52,127 nt of DNA from Peribolospora baueri (Eukaryota), in the NCBI GenBank assembly GCA_029717555.1, contig JAMDHS010000119.1, positions 1 through 52,127 of the forward strand, written 5' to 3'. This document shows, one piece after another, positions 11,963 to 25,261 of this stretch (position 1 is the stretch's first letter; each line of letters begins with the position of its first letter). The notes beneath the pieces are model-generated. The model saw nothing but the letters and a program-made list of their open reading frames with translations. It ran no database searches and was not told the origin of the DNA. Made by a program: the position numbers and the translations under genes.

Positions 11963-12947
11963 TCGAGAAGGAGTGGCCGTGTCGAGACGGAGGTGCCGAT
12001 GCCGAAGCCTCATGCCGAAGCCTTAGATTCGAGGAGTGCTCGAGACTTCTTGACCTCTCTGCCGCTGGACGTTCGTATTGCTTCGGCCGGTGCTTGTCGC
12101 TCTGTAACACTTTTTCCTTTCTGGAAGCAGTCTTCGGCCACTGCGCTCCGCCAGAGCGGACAAAACACCACTGTCGGTTTATGGCAGGAAGGAAAATGGT
12201 ATCATAAGCCGACCGTATGGGCCGACGCCTTCAGAGGCATTGCATCGGAGACAGCTGGATCGCTGGATATCCCAGGAGACGGGGAAATGAGGAGCGCAAA
12301 CGTGGTCGTCCCACGTCTCTCTTCGCGACATGCCAGCACGTCAGCTTACAGGCAGCGAGATTCCGCTCAGCGGCTGGACCACTGAAGACACCCCGACCAG
12401 GGGACAGTCGCACCGTTGACATAGCCAGAGGTCGAAAAGAGGAGATTTTGGTTGAGTGTCGCACCATCTGCCGTCGAGCGCACGCACTGACCACGTCACG
12501 TGCCTTCCGTGCTCTTGGCCCGCCTATTCCACAACGGACGGCGACGAGTATGACGACCGCCACCAACTTATTCTCGTTCCGTATCTGCGCAATTATGTGT
12601 GTGCTTGTGCGATCCTGCAGACGGCTTTCGTTCATGGAGACGGAGCAAGAAGGGAAATCATCACGACGTTACCACCTACCTGACCGCCGGCACCATCTAC
12701 CGGGACCGCCCGGACCTCGGACCGGACGACGCATCGTCATCTTAAAATATTCACAGTCCCCATGGGGCCCCACCTCGCAAGCAGTCTACTCGTCTAGTCG
12801 TCCGTCTCCGAGTTTTCCTTCAAGCTCGTCCCTTTATCGCCAACGGACGGAAAGCACGGAAGCGGCGCAGCACTTACTGCTCGCTTCCCTCGATGCGCAA
12901 GCTACATACGTCTGCTCACCCTCCGTCTCCCGCGACGCAGCTTGCTG

Positions 12948-12955
12948 TATAAAAG
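12948..12955 (+). promoter_or_regulatory. TATA box upstream of the GH115 gene
   Basis: TATAAAAG about 110 bp upstream of the ATG at 13062. Confidence 0.6.
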
Positions 12956-13061
12956 GCGCCCGATCGTCAAGCACTCGCTTAGGCTGAGCTCGGTCCGTCT
13001 CTCCCTTGCTCGTCAGTCAACGTCCTACGACAATACGGCAGAAACCAAAGAAACCGGCAAG

Positions 13062-16000
13062 ATGTCGTTCCGACGCCGGCTTTTCTCCGTCTCTCTCACA
13101 CTCTCTCTCCTTCTCTCCTGGTCACCCGTTCACAGCGCCCTCGCCCTCGGACAGGAGCGTTGTCTCACGTTCGCCTCGTCCTCCTCAACAAAGGATACCT
13201 TCCCGCTTGTCCATTCAGGCCAGGCTCTCCCCCTCCTCATCGATGCACAGGACCATGCCGGAGTGAGAAGGGCGGCCGGATCGTTTGCCGAGGACGTGGA
13301 AGCGGTGACCGGTGTCAAGCCCGACGTTTTATCCGTAAATGGCTCGCTTCCTTCATTGTCGTCCCGCTCAGTCATCATCGCTGGGTCCTTGGGAACCACA
13401 TTGATTTCAAAAATGATGGAAAGCGCTGGCGGACAGCAGATCAACGGATCCACTCTTGCCGCTGGCGGGTTTTCAACGCTGCATGGAAAGTGGGAGGCTT
13501 TCCAGATTCAGGTCGTTCAAAGGCCGATGGAGGGTGTTGATGAGGCGCTTGTGATTGCTGGTGGCGACAAGGTTGGCTCAGTTTCCCCTCCTTTCGCTTT
13601 CTTGCCCACGTTGTCATGGCACAGTCGCGTTCAGTGCTTATTTCCTCACATTCTTAACCACAGCGTGGTACCATATATGGGCTGTACGATCTCTCGGAGC
13701 AAATGGGCGTGTCTCCTTGGCATTGGTGGGTATGAGCGAGCCAACAAAGAGACTTCACGGCGAGGACAGGACGCGGCGTACCGCTAGCAATGCCTTCATT
13801 TCATCTCAAAAAGTAGTGAAATTAAAGTGTTCATTTCCCTTTTCAGGTGGGCGGACGTCGCGCCGGACACTCAGGGTGGCATCTACTTCCAGCGCAATAT
13901 GACGTGCAGACACGATGAACCTTCTGTCAAATACCGGTGAGCAGGTTCTTCCCGTTTGGCCTAGCTAATGTTCATCTTCTCACTGCCTGAGGGCTCGATG
14001 ATTTATCCTGAACTATTTTTGCTTTCGCTGCACAGCGGCATATTCATCAACGACGAACAGCCAGTGCTATGGGATTGGGCCAAAACGTATTATAAAACCG
14101 GTAGCGGTCCCCCTTTCATCGCCGACATGTACGCGTGAGTCTGTCTCTTATCGCTTGGTGATCAAGAGGGAGAGCGCGTTGATAACAACTTCCTTCCTCC
14201 ACGGGTCCCGGTATCTTCATTTGCAGAAGGATTTTTGAACTCCTTCTCAGGCTCAAAGCCAATCTGCTTTGGCCCGCCATGTGGGCAAGGTGAGAGGGTG
14301 TGTCCTCGTGCGTAGTCGTCAGAGTGGCTTGCTCAATGATGATACTTACTCTTTTGTACCTCCTGCGCCACCTTGTACAGCATGTTCGATGTCGACGGTC
14401 TTAACATCACCAATGGACTACCCCCAACCCCGACTGCCGGGCCGAATCAAGTTCTGGCAGACTCCTACGGAATAGTGATGGGCACCAGTCACCAAGAGCC
14501 CATGGCTCGTGAGTTCTCGTCTCTTTTTCGTCGTCGCCTTCATGATGGCCAATGGCTCTCGACTTCCTTCCCCCTCACGGCCAACTGAAGGTAATACGCC
14601 CGAATGGAGCACATACGGCACAGGAGCTGTAAGCTTCAGGTTTTATTTGAGTCTGGACTCGCCGCATAGGAGCTGAGGGTGCCTTGATCTCCTGATCCTC
14701 CAGTGGAACTTTACGACCAACAGCCAAGAGCTCACCGTGAGTTCACCCTTCTGCAAATTACTGCTGCTTTCTGGTCAGGTTTAGCATGATACTGACAAGT
14801 TTGTTTGACCGTCGATTTACGACATCAGTCCTTTTGGACGTACGGCGCAGAGCGAGCACGGCCGTATGATACGATGTTTACAGTAGGGATGAGGGGCAAT
14901 GGCGACCTTCCCCTTCCGGGAGCGAATATTCAGGTCGGAATTTTTTTGACTGCTCCCTACCGAAGTGCTCGCTAGCGTCGTTGCTTGTATACTGAGCCTG
15001 TCATCGCTTTCCGGTACCATGTTCCCACAGGTCATGCAAAGTACGTATCCTCGAAGAGGGTACTGAGTGCAGAGATGGGTCGACTCTCAGGCTGACGAAA
15101 TCCATTCACCGGCGCCTCTGGTCTCTGCAAGACATCACCGCCTCACAAAGGAAGGTTCTGTCCAACGTCTTCAACAAATCAGACGTCACCATCATCCCTC
15201 AGATGTGGTGCATGTACAAGGAGGTGCTGGTGGGTCCGAGGCTCGGGTTTGTCAACCCGAATAAGGCAAGTCGACGGATTTTCGACTGTAACTAAGGAAG
15301 ATTGTGGGGGCGTGCTTTGGAGTAGTCGTACTATGCTTCCGGCCTTCAAGTGCCGGAAGACGTAACTGTGCTAATTCCTGACGATAAGTACGTGCAAATG
15401 TACGCTCACCTTGTCGTGTATAGCGGTCGCTCATATATCTGCTCCACTTCCGGCCTCGATGGCCAAACAGCTGGGGCAATCTGATGTGGGCGTTGTCGGT
15501 AAGTAAGAGAGAGGGACGACATCTTGGATTTGTGAGAAACAAGCTGAGCGTCGGCCTTAGTTTGTCTCTCAGCCGTCAGCGGCCAACAGGACGGGAGGCG
15601 GTGGCGTGTACTACCACGCAGACTACGTCGGTGATCCTAGGGACTATAAGTGGATCAAGTAGGACCTCCCTTTTTGAAGCATCTCCTTTTTCTCCGCCCG
15701 CTCGGCTGAAGTATTTCCGTCCCGTCCTCTTACAGCACTGTCAGTTTGCCGAAGGTGGGGAAAGAATTGTCAACCCTGAGTCCGGACCGTATCCTGACGA
15801 GTTTTCGTGTTGTCCTGTCGGGTAGACTTGGGAGCAGATGCACATCGCCTCAGCGTATAACATGAACAAGATATGGGTACTGAACGTAGGAGGTGAGTTT
15901 TCCGCTCTGTAAGGCCAGGTTGGCCAGATTTGCGCTGAAAGGGGAATTCCTCGCGCTTGTCTCGCGTACCTGTGACAGACCTCAAGATGCTGGAGGTACC

Positions 16001-18150
16001 CACTGAATTCTTCCTCTCGATGGCATACGACACGTCGCGTTGGCACAGGGACTCCATTATAGATTATTTAGAGCAGTGGGCGGCGCGCGAGTTTGGTCAG
16101 AAGTATGCCAAGGACATTGCCAACATCACGCTGAGCTATTCCGTACGTTCCAAGATGACGAGCTGGCAGGGTTAGCGTTCAACATACTGAGATACGTCTT
16201 TGGACTGCTCCTGAACAGAACATGAACGCTCGCATCAAACCCGAGCTGGTCAATTCGACGCTTTGGAGCCTGATCAACTATGAAGAGTGAGCTTCTCATC
16301 ATCCCTTGCTCACAGAGGCGAAGATGCACCCGGGCACGAGACTGAGAGACTTACACGCAACTTCCTAGAGCCGACAAAGTTGTGGCCACGTGGAATTCTT
16401 TAGTCCAGCGGGCTTCCAAGATTTACGCCAACCTTCCGAGCTCCAAACACGATGCCTTTTTTGAGCTCGTGCTCGCACCCACGGCCTTGTCTGCTAACCT
16501 GAATGAACTATATATTGCCGCGTAGGTGGATTCCCTCACTGGCTCCGGTCGCTTGCCTACTCGCGTTCATTCGCTCTTCTGATCGGCAGAGGCAAGAACA
16601 ACCTCTACGCCAGCCAAGGTCGAACCTCGGCCAACCTGTGGGCTGAGAAGACTTTGGCGTTATTCCGAAACGACCAAAACCTCACAAACGTCTTCCATGG
16701 CCTGCAAAATGGAAAGTGGAATCAGTGAGTGCAGCCTCCTTGTAGTTTCATCTCGTAGTTTTTGGAAAACTCATTTGGATTACATGGTCTCTTTTTGTAT
16801 CGCTGAAAGTATGCTCGGCCAAACAGTAGGTCACACGATAATTAATTTGTTGAACGCTGGCACGTCGTCACTGACGTTTCGATGCATACTGTCTGCGTGT
16901 TTCAGCACATCAACTACTACTACTGGCAAGTCTTCGTAGCACCAATATCCTCTGTTTTGTCCTTCCACTGACTTTATAGGCACGGCTTTCTTGACCGCAC
17001 CACAGGCAACAGCCTATGCGGAACACCCTTCCGCCGGTTCAGTGGGTCCAGGACTTGCCGGCTACTCCAACCGGCCCAAGCAACGTCCGTATCACTGTCG
17101 AAAACTCCAAAGGCGCTTGGCCAGGAGATAACCAATACAACTGCGCTCAAGGTGACTTGAATTACCGTCAGCTTGCTAGGAGCTTGCTTCCCAGAGTCTA
17201 AGTATGCTGGCCAACGACCTCTTCTTCAGGCTACAGCTGTCCGGACCCTACCCTCCTCCCGATGGATCCTTATGGCGCTCCATCGCGGTGGGTCGATGTA
17301 TCATCCGGCGGACCTATGGACGTCACCTTCACGGCAACATCCAACACGTCGTGGCTCAAGGTCAGCAAGCCGAGCGGGAAAATCGCTGGCGACGGCACAA
17401 CAGACACGAGGGTGTACATTAGCGTGGATTGGTCTCGAGTGCCCGGTTCTCCAACGAACACAAGCTCTTTCAGTACGCTCGGCTCGGTCACGTTCAATGC
17501 CAGCGACGGCAGTAGGACCGTCGTGAGCGTACCCGTGAATAAGACAGTCCCACCGTCGTCCGGCTTCCGTGGCTTTGTCGAAGGCGACGGGTACGTCGCC
17601 ATTGAGGCGGAACATGCGCAGCGCAACGAGTGCGCAGCGCAACGAGTCGGCACAGGGAGTTGCTTGGCAAGTCATCCCGTACTACGGCAAGACCCTCAGC
17701 GGAGTCGCACCCTTCCCGATCACTGCAACCAACTTCTCGGCAGGAGAAGGGCCGAGCCTCGAGTACGACTTCTGGGCCGTCGATTCCATCGGCGGGAGCG
17801 GGAACATAAGCGTGACGGCCTTCCTGGGCCCGTCCAATAACTTCCTCCCCGACGCTCCTCTCTCGTACGCCCTGCAGCTAGACGGAGGCGAACCCGTGAC
17901 TGTCAAACCCGTGCCAGTCTCTAGTCCAGGTACGACGCCTCCGGATTGGAATGCCGTCGTCTCCGCCGAGATCAGGACGGTAGTGACCAACTTCACAATG
18001 GGAGCGGAGAGCGTATTAGGGGCGCATACGCTCAAGGTGTCGGCCATGACTCCCGGCGTCGTTCTCGAGCGTCTGGTCATTGACATGGGAGGTGTGCGTG
18101 CCAGAGGATCCTCGTATCTCGGCCCACCGGAGAGCAAAATGATCGGGTGA
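13062..18150 (+). CDS. Secreted glycoside hydrolase family 115 (xylan alpha-1,2-glucuronidase), over 20 introns; frameshifted at about 17630 in this sequence
   Basis: Signal peptide. GH115 motifs across exons: Y|RGIFINDEQP, LLRLKANLLWPAMW, GIVMGTSHQEPM, GMRGNGD, DD|NWGN, GVYYHADYVGDPRDYKW, VG|DLK, W|QQPMRN, GFVEGDGYVAIEAEH and SYLGPPES. Confidence 0.92.
17615..17646 (+). repeat. Perfect 16-bp tandem duplication (tgcgcagcgcaacgag x2)
   Basis: 17615-17630 is identical to 17631-17646, at the frame switch between ORFs 17262..17840 and 17569..18150. Confidence 0.95.
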
Positions 18151-18535
18151 CCAGTGCAGCGTTTGCTTTCGATGGCCAACTCGTTCACCGGGCGCGAGCT
18201 TCCTTTTTTTTTTTTCGCTTGCAATATTATGGATTGATCGACGTCATCGGAATATTTCTGTAGTTCATATTACGCTGAAAGCACGACAAAAGTCAATGGA
18301 TAGACGAATTTCTTCCTATCCTCCCGTCCATTCCACGACCACAAACGCGACAAAGTGGAGCCAGGTGTATATTCACGGGTCGTGTGTTTTCGAGAATGCA
18401 CCATTTCTTCCTATGGTCCTCCTTCCCAGCAGAAAACATTTAGCTACCGGCGTTCATCCACTCACGTACCAGCTTAGAGAGGGGGAAAAGCAGATTCTTG
18501 GCGAGGAAGAAGACTTGGTCCGCCCCGGTGCTAGG

Positions 18536-21111
18536 CTACGAGGGAGGTAGCGGCTGAGATCCGATCCATGGCTTGAGGCCGAGGGTATGTCCAAGACGGC
18601 TGAGGGCGACCTGTTGGGAAAGAAAATGGGTGAGAGGTAACAAAAAGCCCGAGGTCGAGGGAAGAGACGTTACGGAGAGCGTGGAAAAGGAGGTCAGAAC
18701 GTGTGGACAGCCGTTGAATGTGAACGGAGGTACATGCACGCACCTGCATTGCTTTGGCAGGCATGGAATAAGTGATCCTGAACCAGCCCGGCTCGGGGTG
18801 GTGGTAAAATGCGCCTGGCGCAATGAACACTTTGTTCTCGAGCGCCTTGGACGCCAGCGCCTGTTCGAGAGCCCGTGGGTCCGGCTTAGCATCGTCTTCT
18901 TCGTTGGCGATAGGCGCCCGTTCGACTTGTTTGCTCTCTGTATCGACAGTGGCGACGGCAGCAGCCGACTTTGCCTTGGCATGGGCAAAGGAGAGGACCG
19001 AGGGCTCCGTAAGGAAGCGCCGGAGGTCGACGAGGCCGAAGTGACCTGCCGTTGGGGTAAGATAGGGGATCTGATGACGAACGGACGGGAGTCAGGAGAT
19101 AAAATAGAATGACTCGTTGGCCAGTCTGCCTCTGACTTGCCGCAAGCAAGAATTACAAAAGAGGTCAATACGCGCCTGGTGGTGATCACACCACTTTGCG
19201 AGGTAATCCCACGCAGCCGCAAGGCGGAGCTTGTTCTCCTTCTTGTACCATTCGAAGAATTTCTTGTCCTCGAGCAGGGCCCACCACAGTGCGTCGGCTG
19301 GGGAAGACACCTTGACGATCAGGCTCATTGCCAGAAAGGCGTTTTGGACTTGGCTGTGACAGAGAGGAATAGAGAACAGGACCAGGGAGAAAGAGAGGTT
19401 GGTCAGATAGGATGGCAAATCCAAAAAAGGCCAATGATGGAACGACGTACGGATTGTGCTGCGACACGACGATGCCCATTCGGAAGCCATTGACGTCTGT
19501 ATCGAGCAACATGCAGTGAGTGGAGCAAGACGTATATCTCGATAAGCCACACCCATGTTCCAGTTTCGCCCTCTATGTCCTTCTCGCATTCACCACGCAG
19601 GCAGATGGAAAACAGTGACAAAACGCGCACCAAAGTCTTTGCTGGCGCTGGTCACGACGTGTACCCTCGCGGGGTCGCAACCGGCTTCCTTGAGGAAGTC
19701 AATCGACAGGGCGGAGGTAAATGGCGTGGGCTTGGACACCTTTGGGTTGTCGTAGATTGACAGGGCGTAGATCCTGGCAATGCGATGCATAGAATGTGTA
19801 GAGAGACCGAGCGATTCGACGAGGGCCGACGTCGAGGTCAGTCGTGTGGACCATCCTTTTTGCACAATTCTCGCCTTCCCGCACGAAGATCGGGTGTGCG
19901 CACGCGGGCAGGACCACGCCATAGGATACTCACTCATCAACGATCAAATGACATCCCCACCGCTCCGCCCACCTCCCATACTCCACGACGGCCTCCCGCT
20001 GATAAAGCGCTCCGGTCGGGTTGTGCGGGTTACACAAAATGACCGCTCGCACGCGTTTTCCCTCTTTCTTGAGCTTCTCGGCGGCTGCATCAAAGTGGGA
20101 GAGGCCGGAGGGAGAGAAGAAGTCTGGGGAGGTGGGAGGAATGGGAACGCCGACGAGCACGGTGCCTTCTGTCCGGATCGTGACGTCACTGTCGAAGCCG
20201 TCTAGTGCAAGAGAAAAGGGGGTCAGGCAACAGTAGAGAAGCAGGAGGACACGTAATCAGCAACGTCCTGATAGAGTCGGGACCAAGGCCGAAGCGAGAG
20301 AAAACTGGGAAGCCTTCCCAAATCGATCCACGCCGGCAAACGCTCCTAGAACAGAAGAACGTCAACGCACTGTAGAAAGGCTGCATGTTGAGTAGGGAAC
20401 AATCACATGGAAAGAACAGAAGGAATGAGTGCGATGTGCGACGAGCGACTAAGAAAGCTAGCCAGTCTTCGAAACTTGGCGTACCTCGGCAATCAAGACG
20501 ACGTCATCGGGGCCGGTTAACGCATAAATGAGCTGATTGATAACGGCACCGGCGCCTGTAGAGGCGGCGATGTGCTCAGGACGAACAGGCCGGACCGGGT
20601 TGAAGGGCGGGCAGTTGAAGACGTGGTCGCAGAGCGACTGGGAGAGGCGCGTGGAGGTGGCGCCGAAGGCGCCGTAGGTTAGGTCGAGGGTCCGGAGCTG
20701 GAGATGGTTGTTGAAGAACTGGGAAGCATGCGCACAAAAATCAAGCACGCGGGCATCCAGTCAGTCCGGGTGTGTGCCTGTAAAGGACGGTTGCCTCCGT
20801 CGTCGAATTGTTCGTTTTGGTGGGCGACAATGTGCTCGTTGCGCGTGCGGGGTGGTGTTTGCTCGCAGGTTTGCTTGCACGACAATGCTCACCTCCACCA
20901 ACTCCTTGGACAACAAGGTGTTCTCAGCCACGCCAGCATTGACGACGCCGTCCGGGTTATCCTCACTCCAGAGGTTGTCGGTCAGGCCCTCCAGGATGCG
21001 CTTCAGTTCGGGCGTGATCTTATCGGCCACGGCCTTGCCTCTGGCGGACAGGCCCGGCGCTGTTGCGGCGCTGGCGGTGGGGTTGGCCGAGGGAGCAGGG
21101 GAGGAAGGCAT
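18536..21111 (-). CDS. PLP-dependent aminotransferase class I/II, ACC-synthase-like (multi-exon; start may be 21135)
   Basis: NPDGVVNAGVAENTL, TGAGAVINQL, LCNPHNPTG, HLIVDE|IYALS, PLP-lysine motif SASKDFG.|.NGFRMG, and PGAFYHHPEPGWFRITYS. Confidence 0.88.
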
Positions 21112-21551
21112 TCTGAGGAGCAGGCGAAGGTTCATTGCTCGGAGACGTGCGATGGGATCGGGCAATGGTAGGAGGATGGTAGGAGGAGCGTAGGTAGGGA
21201 CGGAGGCAAAATGCGCTATCGTCCTCGCGATATGTACTTGCCGGCCGACCGGCGCTTGCTTTCGGCCGAACGTCGCGGCCGATCTCCTCGACTGCCACAG
21301 ATATGCTTCATTTCGGGCCGTCATTTAATTTACCTTTGAGACCATCTCGGATCGAACTCAGCTGCCATCCGAGCCGGGCCAATCGGGTGGGATACCAAGT
21401 GCGGAAGCAGCCGTTGGCAACCGCTGGACGGAGCACAATTCAGCAAGATGTTGCTTCATGGTATGTATCTAGAGCGCCAGATGGAGCATGAGACGCGGCC
21501 GCGGCCACAACTACTATACATTGGCATACGAAGGACTGCAGAGAAAGGCGC

Positions 21552-22366
21552 TCATTTCGAGCTCTGTTTATATCCTTTTGTGTCTGTGCCCGTGTCGAGG
21601 GAAGAGATACGAGCAAGCGGTTCGGCGGATAGAGCGTGAGCGGACAAATCGAACAGGCGAGGGCGACCGCCAGCGCCTGTCACTCACCGAGAATCATCTT
21701 TCCACAAATAGCACAGACACCTCTAAAACGGGAGGGAGCGGTAGTACAACAGACAAGCCACAGAGAGTGAGTCTCTGACCGTGGAGAAAACGTCGGCCCG
21801 AAGAGCAGTGAAAGAGAAAAGGTTGACAGGACTCACTTCTTGTACGCGCAACCTGTGGCGTCGACGATGAGAAGAGGAGAATATGTGATGCAGATCAGAA
21901 TCCTCCGTCCAAAGGGCTGAAGCAGGTGGCGGCCCGCGCCACGAAAGGAAGCCCAACAGGCCGCCACGCCCTCGCGCTCACCTTGACAATACTTTGCCCT
22001 CTCTTGAGTAACGGTCTGCTTGCAAATGATGCACTTGGAGCCCACGGGGTTGTACCTGTTCCTGTTCGACAGCAGCTTATTCTCGCCCACCTTGCGTCCG
22101 ACTTCCGCCGTCAAAGGTTTTCGCGAGGGGCCTGCCGCTGAGGAGGAGGACGAGCCTTGGTGGCGGAACGGGTCCGGGGCCGCAACCTTGGTCATCTCTG
22201 TGAACGCGTTCAGGGTTCAAAGCACAGAAAACGCAGATGAAGATCTTTGTCAGCACCCGAAGAATGCCCATCCGGAAAGCCGAAGAGGCACCTCCATCCA
22301 TGCATCCATCGGCATGGCTCGTCATGGCCTCAAGGGCTCACTTTTCTCGCAGCTCTTGCACACCAT
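21552..22366 (-). CDS. CRIPT: CRIPT-like cysteine-rich PDZ-binding protein (5 exons)
   Basis: Spliced MVCKSCEK|..TKVAAPDPF...GRKVGENKLLS...CIICKQTV...YCQ|GCAYK|KGVCAICGKMIL|DTKGYKQSSK* matches the CRIPT pattern. Confidence 0.9.
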
Positions 22367-22947
22367 CTTGGGCGAACGATCACCCGGTAATGTAAGGCAG
22401 AGATCGACCTAGTGGACGCCCCGGAGGGGTCGTCGTCAAATCGATTTTGACCTTTTGAACCGGATGGCCCGACGAGTGTCCTCCAAGATCGAGCGAGTGC
22501 TGGACGTGGTGGATGGCGGAGAGGTCTGACTCGGTCCGACTGACTGCGGGACTCGTCTGATCAGCGTCGAGATGTCTGTCTCTTCCTCCGACTTGGACTC
22601 GAGCTCCAGAGCTCCACAACCAGTTAGCGCCTGAAAGATCGATGAAGCGAGCTCAGGGGAGATTGTGCCTCTGCCATGTATCTCGAAGGAGAAGATGATG
22701 GCAGCGTCCACCGAATCACAAGGAGACGATGCTTCGTTCGGCCTCCCGGCCCTGATCGGCCGACGGCATCGTGTCACGTGCCGACCTACCGTGTCTCGTA
22801 CGAGTCATCCGGCCGCATATGGACTACCTTCCCCTGCTCTCGCTTGTCGCAGAAGCGATAGACGATCCCTGTCGTTCCGCTTTCCATCGTACGCTCCTTT
22901 CCCTCACCCTTTGTCTTTTTCTCTTGCTTTCCTCCACAGTTGAAGAG

Positions 22948-24713
22948 ATGCCCGGCGGCATACACGAGCGCCTCCGCGCCTCCCTGCCCACCTGCTCCGA
23001 GCATGGACGTGGCGGCCTCTTCCACGTCGAGTGGTGGTCGTGGTGGTACCTGGCGGATTGGTTAGCGTCGTCGTTCTGCGCATGCGCTGACCTTCTTCTT
23101 CATCAGACAATTTCTTGAGGATGTTGGCCTAAACTGAATCGTCTGTTTCGCTTTCTCATTCAACCTCCACGCAACCGAACACATTTTCCAGGCTCTTCAC
23201 CTTCGTCCTCTTCGCCCTCCGCTACTATGTCAGCACCAAGCCGCCCTTCGAACAGGACTTTCGGACGGTGAGGCAGGTTCTGGGAAATTGCTCTCGGACC
23301 CTTGGAACGAAGACGGAGGGCCGAGGTTCTGGCGCGCAGGAGCGGTTCATCCAGAGGAGCAGGTTGACGATCGGAACGCACTCACCTTTCCGTCTTTCTC
23401 TTTCCTTGACACCTCGTGGGCCACTTGCTCTCCCACCCAGGATGACCCTTCCATTTCCCACCCCACCCATGTCCATCACCAAACGTGAGCCTCTTAAGAC
23501 TTTATTTGTTCCTAGCGCTTGCCTTCACTGTGTCTCACCCTTCTCCGACCTGCTGCGCCCTCTCAGCGTCCCTAAGGAACTCAACATGGTCCTCATCTTC
23601 TACATCCCACTGGCCATCGCCGTTCTGTTTGGATTAGCTCGGAAGAGCTTCAAAGAGATGCACCATGGAGTGCTCACCCTTTGGGCTGCTAAGTGAGTCT
23701 GTTTGAAGCCTGGGACAAGGATATGGGTCTGACCGCCCGACTACTTCGACGTTATTCCTCCGTACATCCAATCCGCGCGTCATGCACAGCAACCTGATGG
23801 CCCTCATCGCAGAATCGACCAAGAATCGCGTTGGCCGACTTCGCCCGGATTTCCTTGCTCGCTGCCAGTATTCCGACTCGCTCTCCGCCTGCACGGGACC
23901 GGCCGATTTGGTCACCGACGGCCGCAAGTCATTCCCCTCCGGCCACTCCGCCTCGGCGTTTGCCGGCATGGGCTTCCTCGTGCTCCTGATTGCCGGAAAG
24001 ACGGGCGCTTGGGCGGTGGGGAGGAGGATGAGCAAGGGCGCCAGGCTATGGGCCATCGGCGCTAGCTTGGTGCCGCTGTTCTTGAGCGGCTGGGGTATGT
24101 CCGTTCTGTCAGCGTCGTTTCCCCGTCGCTCTCCGTCGCTTTCCCTCCTTTTTCCGGCTGACTACATCTGTATCTCATTCTCTGTCATCCCGCTTCGCAG
24201 TTGCCATAAGTCGCGTCGAAGGTGAGCGGCCCTCTGTCCGGTAGAGCGAGAAGCGAACGAAAAGATGCTATTTTGACTTCGTGGCCTGAATAAACTTGAC
24301 ACTTTCATGGATTTTCTCTCCTTCTGCCTACCCGCCCCGTTATTTCCATGCGTTTCAGACCGCATGCACCATCCTACAGACGTTCTTGCGTGAGCGCTTC
24401 TTCCCTCCGCCATTGACTCGCATGTGCTTAGCGCTATGCCCCCCTGTCGATCTGACCCGTCTCTCGTCCCCACTTTGTGTCCTCACCCTAAAGCGGCTCG
24501 ACGATAGGCCTCCTCTGCGCGCTGGCCGTCTACCTAGTCTACTACCCCAACCCTTTCTCCAACGCCAACTTTGCCGTCATGCACCGCCCGAGGAACGTGT
24601 ACGGCGACGTGGCGGGCGAGAGAAGTGTCGACGTGCGCGGCGACGAGGAGGACGAGATGGAGTTGGGCGGGAGGAGGGGGGGGTATATCCGCGTCGCCGA
24701 TGAGGAGGCGTGA
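22948..24713 (+). CDS. PAP2-superfamily lipid phosphate phosphatase (DPP1/LPP1-like)
   Basis: Three PAP2 motifs: KNRVGRLRPDF, SFPSGHS and SRVE|DRMHHPTDV. Several TM segments. Stop TGA at 24711-24713. Confidence 0.9.
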
Positions 24714-25261
24714 CGGGAGAGTAAGAAGGGGAAGAGGGGGAGGAAGGCGGGTTTTCTGGTGCGGCGCATCGCACGCCGCCGTTCCTTCTTTCCTCCCTCG
24801 AGCGGGGCTAGCACGCAACGCAACGCCCATTCGCATCCAGAGAAGAAATAAAGACACCGTGTTTGCAGACGATGGATGGAGCTCAAGGACGGGCGAGAGG
24901 GAGACCAAGAAAACAAGAAAGAAAGAAAGAAAGAAGAATAAAAAAGGGGGGAGGTGGGGCAGGAAGAGAGAAAGTGCGGGTGTTTGCGGAAGCGAGGGGA
25001 AAGGGAAAAGGCGACGGGACGCGGTGCGTGAGGCGACCACGTGTATTCCCTAGTCGCTGGGAAGATCTACGCGTGGCCAGGTGAGCAAGTAAGAACGAAG
25101 AGGTGCAACCACCCTCCCGCCCTGGTTGGTTGGCTGACTGTCTGACTGACGGACCGACTGAAGGACCGGCCGACTGGCTGACGAGACGATTCGCCCGATC
25201 CAGCGGGCTCGGCACGATAGACGTACGCCACCGCCGGTGCCTTGCCTTTTTTTTTTTCCCT

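Noticed and set aside
10300..12110. Possible LTRs or target-site duplication around the Gypsy fragments (e.g. TGTAAC at about 12102)
   Set aside because: I found no matching direct repeat, PBS or PPT by eye.
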